From: Octopus bimaculoides
Lineage: Eukaryota
Reading direction: 5' to 3'
Length of the DNA: 64,000 bases
Assembly (NCBI RefSeq): GCF_001194135.2
Contig: NC_068981.1
Span: 193,195,339-193,259,338, forward strand
Below are positions 52,139 through 62,765 of this stretch, in pieces. How positions within the stretch are numbered: the first letter of the stretch is position 1; every line of letters begins with the position of its first letter. Made by a program: the position numbers and the translations under genes. The notes beneath the pieces are model-generated. The model searched no databases. It saw only the letters and a program-made list of their open reading frames with translations, and was not told where the DNA came from.

Positions 52139-53392
52139 TTGGGTTCTCATTAAATTCATTTGAATTTGCTTTTTTTTTTCAATTTATTTTAATCTTTATT
52201 TTCCATCAAAACTTTTTAACAAATCAGTCAATAATATATTCTCCTTCATTGTTCATGATTTTCTGTCTATGTTCCACAAGCTTGTTAATGCTTTGATGAT
52301 AAAAATCACCAGGTCCTGATCTGAAGAATTCATTGAGTTACTTTTCAACGCCACACCATAGTTGAATGAAACATCTTGCAAGGTGTTGGAAGGCAATCAA
52401 AAATGATGATTATCTGAAGACACAGTATCAGGAGAATACGGTGAGTACAACAGAACTTCCTATTTGAGATAAAAAATAGCATTTTTGGTCAAATTTGTAT
52501 TGTGGAGGGAGTGTTGTCATGTTGATGAAGTGTACCATATCACCAGTTGGGTCATTTCAGCAAGATTGCCTCGTTGCATAAGTTCATTTGCAGAATGTAA
52601 AGCAATGCATTGACTGCATCATTGATTTTAAGCATTTTGTAGTGAATTAGCCCTTCCCAATCCCACTAAATAGATCATTGTCTTGCATAGATGCAACTCT
52701 GTCTTGGCTCAAGGGATTGCTTGCATGTTGAGATTCAGCCATTCTTTCTTCTGCATCATATTGATTTAAAGATGCCAGTTGATATTGCCAGTAATGATGC
52801 TGTAAAGAAATCTCTGCATCTATGAGTAACCTTATGTCAAATTGACGTCATTGGAAGCTAGACTGGTGTTTGTCTTTTATGATCAAAGTGTGTGACACCC
52901 ATACACTAAGTTTTTGGACCTTACCTGTCAAGTGAAGGTGATAGGCAACAGAATCATGAGAGCATCATATCTGCTGGGCCAGTTGGATTGGAGTGGATGA
53001 ACTGAATCAATTAATCCTCATCAAATTCACCAGGTCAGCCAGAGTATGGAGAACCTGTGAGGTCAAATTTCCCCTCCTTGAAGCATGGAAACCATTTCCC
53101 TGCAGCTCTTTCAGTAATAGCACCTTCTTTGTGCACAGAACAAATGTGGTTTCGGCAGCTTTAGAAGCTTGATTTAAAGTGAAGAGAAACAAGTGTCAAA
53201 AATGCTCAGTTTGACACTCCATCCTCATATGTCTGAAAAGAGGTAAAATCTACTCAAATTTCAAAAACAATAAACAAAATTTGAAGATGAAGAACAGAGC
53301 CTCACAAACCTCATAAAACACTGATGAAATTATTTTTCATGTTAATACAAATAATATTGGAAAGAAATGAACAAATTTATCTGAGAACCCAA
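52139..53392 (-). mobile_element. Full-length mariner (DD34D) element, 1254 bp, pseudogenised
   Basis: TIRs TTGGGTTCTCA(T/G)(T/A)AAATT at both ends, each flanked by TA. Minus-strand remnants GAITERAAGKWFPCFKEGKFDL and WEVLLYSPYSPDTVSSDNHHF (YSPDL motif). Confidence 0.9.
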
Positions 53393-53965
53393 TATATATT
53401 AGAATGGGGTTTTTTACATTATATATTAGCTAGATATAGTGTGTACATGTGCTATACTAAATAGGTAAAGTATGGTTATGTTGTACAATTTCAGGTAGAT
53501 ATACTTTAGGTATATCATATATTAGATATAAAGTGTATATTTCTTCTCTCCATATATATATCTGCCTTAGAGTGTACTTATTCAGATATATGAGATATAT
53601 ATATATATATATCACCCATGATAGTATGTAAGGCAGACGTTAAACAATGATGACGATAATAACTATAATTATATATTATTTACAGTATGGCAGTACAAAT
53701 GGTGGTACTCCAGTATGGCCACAGCTCGTGAGCTGAAACTAGTTTCAGTTTCAATCCAATTCAATATATGCTCCATTTAAAGTGACTAAACCTAAACAAT
53801 TGTTTAGATTTAGTTGCTTCAAATCGAATATATATTATTGTAAATAATATATGATTATAGTTATTATCAAAAAGGACCTATGTGTGTCACTATTCTCCAT
53901 AATTTACAGCCTTCAGGTTTGTTTACAAATTTGTAAATATATATATACATATATATATATCATAG

Positions 53966-54090
53966 AAATGGGGAAGGCTGGTTAATGGGATTATCTTAGA
54001 TTTCCCATCCATAAAGGGCTTACACCATAAAGCTAACTCATTTATGGACGGGAAACCTAAGGTAATCCCATAAACCGGCCTTCCCCATTT
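53966..54090. repeat. 125-nt hairpin (50-bp inverted arms, 25-nt spacer), MITE-like
   Basis: AAATGGGGAAGGCTGGTTAATGGGATTATCTTAGATTTCCCATCCATAAA against the reverse complement of 54041-54090: 45/50 matches. Confidence 0.9.
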
Positions 54091-54589
54091 TTAATATATA
54101 CTGCTCTACATCTTAGGGTGTGCTTCTTTCATATTTATGTTTTCTACAATCCTCTTCCTCCTCCTCATCATCATCATCGTCGTTGTCATCATCGTTTAAC
54201 GCCCGCTTTCCATGCTGGCATGTGTTGGACGGTTTGACTGAGGACTAGCAAACCAGGAGGCTGCAGTAGGCTCCAGTCTGATCTGGCAATGTTTCCATAG
54301 CTGGATGCCCTTCCTAACACCAACCACTCCAAGAGTGTAGTGAGTGCTTTTTATGTGCCACCAGCACAGGAACCAGTCAGGTGGACCTGGCATTCATCAC
54401 GTTTGGATAGTGCTTTTTACATGCTGCCAGCATGGGAGCTAGTCAGTGGGTATTGGCATCAGCCACATTCGGATGGTACTTTTTATGTGCCACCGGCGTG
54501 GGAGCCAAACAATATATATATATGTATATATTAAATAATAAGTGCATATATTGTTGTACTTCAGCTTGATATAGTCTGAGTATGTTGTA

Positions 54590-54749
54590 TACAAGATAGA
54601 TATGTACATTATTTACATTTGATGGATATTTGTCCTCTTCCTGTTTGTTGTTAACACAGCGTTTTGGCTGATATACCCTCCAGGCTTCATCAAGTGTCTT
54701 GGAAAAATTTCGAACCAGGTTCTCATTCCTAAGGTATTTATCGATGTTG

Positions 54750-54788
<39 letters not shown>

Positions 54789-54965
54789 TCACTGCTTGGA
54801 ATTGAACTTGGAATCTTGGGGTTAGTAGCCCGTGCTCTTAACCACTACGCCATATGCCTGTGGGCACCTGATGAAGGCTGGAAGGTATAGCAGCCGAAAC
54901 ATTGAGGACAAATATCCGTCAAATGTAAATAATGTACATAATTCCTCATATCTTAAATATAGAAC
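54590..54965 (-). mobile_element. Composite non-autonomous element: tRNA-like head + (AAT)n + hammerhead-bearing PLE-type tail, with an inverted tail copy on the plus strand
   Basis: Head 54787-54858 has A box TGGCGTAGTGG and B box AGTTCAATTCC. Minus-strand hammerhead remnant at 54653-54698. Plus-strand hammerhead core CTGATGA...GAAAC at 54868-54900. Shared downstream GAGGACAAATATCC(A/G)TCAAATGTAAATAATGTACATA. Confidence 0.7.
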
Positions 54966-55046
54966 TAGACAGATATGGCTGGGTTTAATGCTAGATAGGA
55001 GTGGGTGTATTATATAACCTTAGTTAACATAGTGTGGGTATCTTAC

Positions 55047-55108
55047 CTTTCTTCCAATCAGTAGCAGTCCTTTATTCAAGTATATTATGGATAACGGTTT
55101 TATATAGT
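55047..55108 (-). CDS. Weak candidate upstream exon (62 nt, phase 1 to 0)
   Basis: Acceptor TTTACTTCTTACAAG, strong donor AAG|GTAAGA. Frame YIKPLSIIYLNKGLLLIGRK. Phase-compatible with the exon starting at 49183. Confidence 0.3.
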
Positions 55109-55695
55109 CTTGTAAGAAGTAAATGCTTAATTGTTACTGGCAAATATTGATTTCTGAATCATTGAATTCATTAACTGACATCATTAATATTCCAGCTGGT
55201 TGCTTTTGAGATATGGTGGTGGTGGTGAAGTTGATGGTGGATTGCCATCATTTAACAATGAGGATTTAGTTGTCAACTGATTTTGGTTAACTAAATTCTC
55301 TCCTCTTGAATTAGCATGTAAGTGGTTGAGTATTCCAACAGAGAATCAGCATGACACAGTGTGTAAGGAGGTCATACCTCTTGAATTACAAGTACACTCC
55401 AATCAGTGAGCGTCTCTACATTTTCCATCTTCCTCTTTTACTCACAGTGTATGGATCAACCCTACATTATAGAAAATTACATTTGCTTAAAACACCATGC
55501 AGTGGGATTGAACCAGTGACTTTATGGAATTTTTAAATATGATTTTGTCTCAAATAAGGCTTGAGGCCTTTGTAGAGTAGAAGACTAGGAATAATGAAAA
55601 GAAGGGACCTACAAACTGAAAAAATGTTGATTGACAGAAAGCTTAACCCTTTAGAATTCCCATTATTCTGTCAAATGTAATGTTTATTTATTCAC

Positions 55696-55734
<39 letters not shown>

Positions 55735-56809
55735 TTAACGTCCATTGTCCATGCTGCTATGGGTTGGATGGCTTGATTGGGCTGGCATGCTGGCTTCATT
55801 TCTCTCAAGCCTACGCATGGCCTTGGCTGTCACAGCCCATGTTTCCCTGCCATGCAGCAGGAAGAATATTTTGGAAGAATGCTAAAGTGTTAAAGGACTG
55901 AATATCAAAGTCAAGAGGAAAATAAAATGATGGTAGTGAGTTTCAGAGAGAAGCCATTTCAAGAAAGAAGTTAAGTTATTAGAATAAAAGGGATGATGAC
56001 AAACAGGAAGCCATTTGGTCATATTGTGCATACTTTCAGGTGTAAAAGTCTTTGCATATATTGTCCAAGAGATAATAGAACTGATAATCAAAGTTGGTCC
56101 TCTCTTGATGATGTTCAACATCGAGTCACCCATAACCTTGCTGACCCACATCCAAAGTTGTGGCTATCTTATGCTTTAAGGGTATGTTAGACTACATTAT
56201 CCACTTCATCTTTTCCTTATTTCAAATGGTAGGGTGTTATTTGAGGTAGATGTGGCTTCTATTTCTAGCAGACCAAGCAGCCAATGAGAGGCTCTCACAT
56301 TGGCTCCTTTGATGGGAATGGTGAAACTTGTTGATACATATCTCAAATTTAATCTATTTAGCTTCACAACTGTTTGGATAAACAATTATAATTAATTGAC
56401 GAAATAGAGAAATATCCTGACAGCAGATCTATTTTGAATTTGCTGGGGAGATGTTGCGGAGGTGATGAGGATTAAGACTTGTCAATGATCTCAGTTTCAT
56501 ATCATTAATTTAACAGTTATGTCACCCTTTGTAAACAAAAGACCAGAACTACTTTAGAGCAACTTTGATCTTTCATAGCTAACTGTCAAATATTAGGACA
56601 TAGAACGGGTAATACAACAGGATGTATGGAGTGTTATATAAATCTGAATAATTCTTTGTAAGTTTTGATACAAGGTGAGCAATTTCAAGGGTAGAGGAAG
56701 TTGATTACTTTGACCCCAGTGTTCAACTGGTACTTCCTAAAAGAAAGGGCACAAAAAAAGGGATAAATTTCAATTTTAAAGCCAAAATACTGAGTAAATA
56801 TTAAACACA

Positions 56810-57690
56810 AGGAATGTACAAAAAATAGACTCCCTCAAATGTCAGTGGGGATCCTTAGAAGTAGTAGACAGTTTCTGTTAATTAGGTGACCTAGTTAGCA
56901 GTGGTGGAGGTTGTTCCAAAAGCATAGCCGCTAGAATAAGAATAGGCTGGGCAAAGTTAAGAGAGCTACTTCCTCTGTTAATAATGAAGTACCTCTCCCT
57001 TAGAGTGAAAGGCAGATTGTATGATTCCTATGTACGAACAGTTATGCTACACGGCAGTGGAACATGGTTTGTGACTGCTGAGGACATGTGAAGGTTTGAA
57101 AGAAATGAAGCCAGTATGCACTGGTGGATGGGTAATGTCAGTGTGTATATACAACAAAGTGTAAGGGATTTGAGAGAAAAACTGGGTATACGAGGCATCA
57201 GATGTAGTGTGCAAGAGAGAAGACTGCGTTGATATGGTCACATAACATGTATGAATGGAAACTGTTGCATCAAAAGGTGCCAATCTCTAATTGTGGAGGG
57301 AGCATGTGGAAGGGGTAGACCCAGGAAGACATGCAACGAAGTGGTGAGAATGGATCTTTGGATGTTGGGCCTCACAGAGGGGATGACAAGGGACCGAGAC
57401 ATCTGGTTGAGAAGACACATCAAACTAAATATGTGGTCGTCCTTGCATAGATGCATGCCCCCTGCATCCCTCTTCAGCTGATCATTTCTAATCTTGCAGG
57501 CTCATGGGTACCATGTAAAAAGCACCCATGCAGGTGCTATGTAAAAGTACCCAGTACACTCTGTAAAATAGTTTGCTTTAGTAAGGGCATTCAGCCATAA
57601 AAACTATGCCAAAACAGACACGGGGCCTGGATAGCTCCTGTCAAACTGTCCAACCCATACTAGCATGGAAAACACATTAAATGATGATGT
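56810..57690 (+). mobile_element. RTE-clade LINE 3' ORF fragment and tail
   Basis: DPLEVVDSFC*LGDLVSSGGGCSKSIAARIRIGWAKLRELLP...MLHGSGTW...IQERRLR*YGH...GRGRPRKT. Confidence 0.85.
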
Positions 57691-59793
57691 TTGTGTTGGC
57701 AATGGAGATCATCCTGAAGGCAGCATTGGGATGGTCAGCTCCAATAGAACTTTGACAGGGATTTCAGATGTCACCTCTAAAAGCCTTCATGGACAACACT
57801 ATAATCCTTTCTACAAAGGAGGAAACATGCAGGATGATAAAAGAGTTGGATGAAGTAGTTGCATCTTCTAGAATGTGGTTCAAGCCAACAAAATACCAGA
57901 TCCTCTCTCAAGGGAAAGAGTTATGTTCCCTGTAGCCAACCAAAATATTCTTACTACCAATAAGAGAATCTCTAAGGAGATGTAGAACTTTGTATACATA
58001 GTTAAGCATAAAAATGTAGCATCCTTTAAAAAGGATAGAATTTATTTACTGAGTGACATCATCTACATGAAATATAATAGTTAAGTTAGTGTCAACATAT
58101 TTAATGTAGTAAGTAACGAGATATCTAATTAGAAGCACTTGTATGTAAGAACAAGATAGAATAAGATGAATGACCAGGTAATGTTGTGGGACTTATTGTG
58201 AAGCACAACAATATGGCTGCAGTATTAAGGTGTCAACTTCAAGCCAAGGGATGATAAAAATGATGTTAAGGATTATAAGATAAAATGTGATTGCATAAAT
58301 AGGTAAACCTCTTTAAATAAACAGTTTGATGAGATCAGATGTTTTTTTCCATTTAATCTCATTTGATTAAGATCTCAACTACTAATTTGTGTGGGGCATG
58401 TTTAATGATACACACGATTCTCAATCAATAATGTCTAACTAAAGGAGGCTGGAAAATTAAAAGATAATGAATATGTTTAATTGCTAACACAATAATCTAA
58501 AAAAAATTGATATTCTTAGTCATAATGAGAAGAAATGTCATCGCAAATAGCACCTTCAATAACAACAAAGAAAAAGCATGTTTGAACAGAGAATAAGTGA
58601 ACATATTTGAAAAGGAGACCCAAAAGATATTCTATGGCTTCATTTATAACTTAAAGAATTACATCTTGATGATGTTAGTGACTAACTATGGTAGTTCATG
58701 GCTTAATGAATTACTTTTTCATGATGGTAACCTTTTGCTTCTTTCTTCAGGTTTATATTTGTTTGGTGTTTAGGGTATTGCACTCACGATTGCTAGAACA
58801 TGGTTGGCGGGTTGTGTTCTTGAGCAAAACACTTCAATTCATGTTGTTCCAGTTCACTCTGCTGTCAATGGGGTAACCCTGCAATGGAATAGTCTTCTGA
58901 TCGGGGATGGGGGGAACAATGACCTGCTCACCAGGCCAGTGGGGTGGCATCATTCGAAAGCTAAAACAATGTGAAGTACATTGTGACTAGCAATGTATGA
59001 TGACATATGATAGTCTGGTCGATACTGTAGTACGGTGATATTGGTATAATGAAAGTTGCTAGAATAATGATGAAGTATTTGGATAATAAACATACTACAT
59101 TAAGTGGTCTAACATCACCACTGCCATCAACCCCCACCACCACCACCATCACTGTTGTAAAGACCCCCTTCGTTCAGCCTCCTGGCATACCAGTCCTCAG
59201 TCAAACCATTCAACCCATGTCAGCATGGAAAGCAGACGTTAAACGATGATGATGATGATGATATATATATATATATATANNNNNNNNNNNNNNNNNNNNN
59301 NNNNNNNNNNNNNNNNNNNNNNNNNNNNNNNNNNNNNNNNNNNNNNNNNNNNNNNNNNNNNNNNNNNNNNNNNNNNNNNATATATGTATATATATATATT
59401 AACACACAAACATATATATGTATATGTATATATACATACATAGAGGAAGGGAGAGAGAGATGAGGGACACTGCTTGATTGATTTGTAGACAGATAGATGC
59501 AGATTGATAGACTATGACTGAAGAAGCTGTACAACTCTATTATATAAGAATACCTTTACTTCACTGTTGGACACTTCCCTCTGCGTGGCCAAACACCCAC
59601 CATCACTAGACCTCCTCCTTCTCAACCTTCTACTCTAGCTCCTCCTTTTCTTTGCATGTTTGTTCACATATATTTCTCTTTTCCTAATTGTTCCCTGCAC
59701 TTTGACTCGCAACTCACAGCAAAATGAAACTACAAATTAAACTGTAGCACTCTTCAACAACAAAGTCAATAATAGGCTTTGCTTTGTTTTCTG

Positions 59794-59838
<45 letters not shown>

Positions 59839-60250
59839 ATGCATGTCTGTGTGTTTGCTCCACCCCACTCAGACCACCCCACTCAGCCTCCACTGCTTGC
59901 TTGTGCTGCTGGAATCTACCCACTTGATCTATGTCGAATGCAATAAATTATTAGCATTGTTGAAATTAGTACATTTCCAGGACAGTCATTACAAATAAAT
60001 AAATAAGTAAATAAATATAAAAAAAACACCCCAAAATAGTCTGAGCAATTTTTAGCTGAGAAAATTACTAATTTTAGATGTCTGAGAACTTTAGGCAAAT
60101 GATGTATCAGAACTGAGTTTTTCTCAATTGCTGCTTCAAAGTTTTTTTCCCCCTCCTTTTTTTTTTAATTGTCCTTAATTAGAGGGTTAGTCAAACGCAC
60201 TGTTAAAACATATATGTCAATCAGCAGCTAACATAACTGACTGATCTTAC

Positions 60251-60299
60251 ACTGTCTGGTAGCAAAAGAGACAAATGTATCTGTTCATAAGATTTAAAT
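60251..60299 (-). CDS. Weak candidate exon (49 nt, phase 2 to 0)
   Basis: Acceptor CTCTGTTGCAG, donor GTAAGAT. Frame FKSYEQIHLSLLLPDS. Cannot directly precede 55047-55108 because the phases mismatch. Confidence 0.2.
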
Positions 60300-60639
60300 C
60301 TGCAACAGAGACTTGTTGTTTTGTGGTATCTGAGGAGTTGATATGATTAATTAACAACCTAACCCTCCCAAAGTACAACAATATCTGTGGCAACACATAA
60401 TTTCACATCATTAAATAAATACGAAAATATTATGATGATGATGATGGTGGTGGTGGGGGTGGTCGTGACGACGATGATGATGACGATGATGATGACGATG
60501 ATGATGACAATGATGATGACACTAATGATAACGAGTGAAAAAAATCCCCATCTGACTCACAAATAGTTAAGAAGGACGGTGAAAAAAATAGACATTTACA
60601 ATCCTCTTAAGTATGAAATAGTCCATTTACAATCCTCTA

Positions 60640-61565
60640 AGTATGAAAAAAAAGTGAAAACTGTACCAACTATTGTTTGGGGCTTTAAGAACAGTATCAA
60701 AAGATAGTGAGAGGAACATAAAGGAAATGGGAATAGAGTGTCTGGCAGAGCTGTTGCAAAAAGTCTTCCTTCCTGGCATAGCCAGAATCATCAGGAAATA
60801 TTAATTGAAGAGAACAAATAGCATGCATGGTGCAGCAGGCTGCAGGTAGCAAATCTGCTACTTGTGCAAGACTCCAGAGTTCCAACGAAACCTCATTTTA
60901 AAAAGAAATACAGTAATAATAATTATTATTATAATAATATCAAAATTAAAAGAAGAGTGCCATTGTTATCTAGTGAACAATATTTCGACATCTTGTGTTG
61001 AAGACACAAAAGATGTCGAAATATCCACAAAAGTCTCAGAAAAATTGTCAAAGTCTGTACAAAGACTTAAAGACAGAAATAAACTGGATGTGGGCCATGA
61101 ACACTGAAAATTACTTATCAGTGTTCTGAGGGTCATGAAAAAAAAGACTAAACAAATTCACTGACAAACTGCCTGCTTGCATCAACATCCATAAGCTTAG
61201 AAATATCAGCTTCCTTGGGACAGCCAACGTTCTCAGAAGAGTGCTCTCCATTAAATAGTAACAGCAATATCATTGGACTTGCTAGGACCATGAATTGGAT
61301 CCAGGCATTATAAGGAAGGAACAGCAACAGGAATCAGTAAATATCAATAATGATGATGATGATGACAATGATAATAAAACCATCTCAAAAATGTAGTACC
61401 TAAGAATATCAACTGTACCTGTAATCATCAGAGTTTTGGGGACAATACCTAAAAGTGCTCTTAAACATTATTACCAAATATCAGGAAACTGCAAGGCATC
61501 AGAGCTATAAAAAATTGTTCTCATGGGTACTGCCCACATCCTAAGAAAAACACTGTCAACTTGAA
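60640..61565 (+). mobile_element. Three tandem 3' fragments of R4/Dong-type REL LINEs
   Basis: VPTIV.GAL...ELLQKVFLPGIARIIRK (about 60660-60800); IIIKIKRR.CHCYL...STKVSEKLSK...GTANVLRRVLSIK (about 60930-61257); VPVIIRVLGTIPK...ELKKIVLMGTAHILRKTLST (about 61400-61562). Confidence 0.75.
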
Positions 61566-61849
61566 AACACTTGATTCTCTTAAAACTGAAGTGTTACAAA
61601 TTTAACAGAATCTTAGTTCTCAGATTCTGGCCTTCTTCACATGTTCTATGTCATTGCTAATCATAAATAACACATAAAGTAGAACGTCTGACACCTGAAG
61701 TTACTATAGCAACAGTCCGGATACTTATTGATCAGACCATGTATTTATGCATCAGTGTTTATGCCCCCCCCCCACTACCATTGCTTGACAACCGCTGTTG
61801 GTGTGTTTACTTCCCCGTAACTTAGCAGCTTGGCAAAAGTGCCAGTTAC

Positions 61850-62385
61850 ATGACACTGGCATTAGCCATGACTGTGATTTTACTTGGCTTGATGGGTCTT
61901 CTCAAGCATGACATATCGCTAAAGGTCATCAACTGAGGCCCAACATTTGAAGATCATGCTGCACCACCTTATCTCATGTCTTCCTGAGTCTACCTCTTCC
62001 ACAGGTTCCCTCCACAGTTAGAGATCAGCTCTTTTTCACACAGCGGTCCTCATTCATATGCATCACATGACCATATGAGCACAGTCATCTCTCCTGCACA
62101 CCACATCTGATGCCTCTTATGCCCAACTTTTCTCTTAATATGCTTACACTCTGTTGCGCATGCACACTGACATTGCACATCAAGCAGAGCATACTAGCTT
62201 CATTTCTTTCAAGCCTTTGCATATCCTCAGTGGTCACAGCACATGTTTTACTGCCGTGTAGCATGGCTATTCACACACAAGCATTGTAAAATCTGTCTTT
62301 CACGTTGAGGGAGAGGCCCTTTGTCATCAACAGAGGTAGGAGCTCTCTGAACTTTGCCCAGCTTATTCTTATTCTAGCAGCTACA
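61850..62385 (-). mobile_element. RTE-clade LINE 3' ORF fragment
   Basis: Reverse complement of the same sequence family as 56930-57400. Confidence 0.8.
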
Positions 62386-62389
62386 CTGA

Positions 62390-62765
62390 AAGTGTATGAG
62401 CCACACACAAGTGTACGAGTGGGTCAGATGTTTCCAAGATGGCCGAAAATATGTTGATACTGACGAATGTTCTCAAAGACCTGTAACCAGCAGAACTGAG
62501 AAAAATATCATGTGCATGCAGTTGTGAGGGGAAATCATCGAATCACCATCCATGGGTTAACAGAAGATGTGTATATTAGTTACGGTTCAGTCCATTATCA
62601 TTGAAGATTTGGGTATGAGACGCATGTCTGCTAAGTTTGAGCCAAAACTGCTTTCACCTGACCAAAAAGACACTTGGGTTTCAATTGCACAAAATCTCCT
62701 TGATTGTGTCGAGAACAATGAAAACTTTTTGAAAATTTTGCTTAGGCCTCTGAGCAGGTATTGCC
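62390..62765 (+). mobile_element. Mariner transposase fragment (HTH region)
   Basis: MSHTQVYEWVRCFQDGRKYVDTDECSQRPVTSRTEKNI...HRITIHGLTEDV...IIEDLGMRRMSAKFEPKLLSPDQK. Confidence 0.8.

Noticed and set aside
54787-54858. Functional tRNA gene
   Set aside because: A/B boxes and a Ser-like anticodon loop are present, but the acceptor and T stems do not pair properly and there is no long variable arm. It is a SINE-type head.
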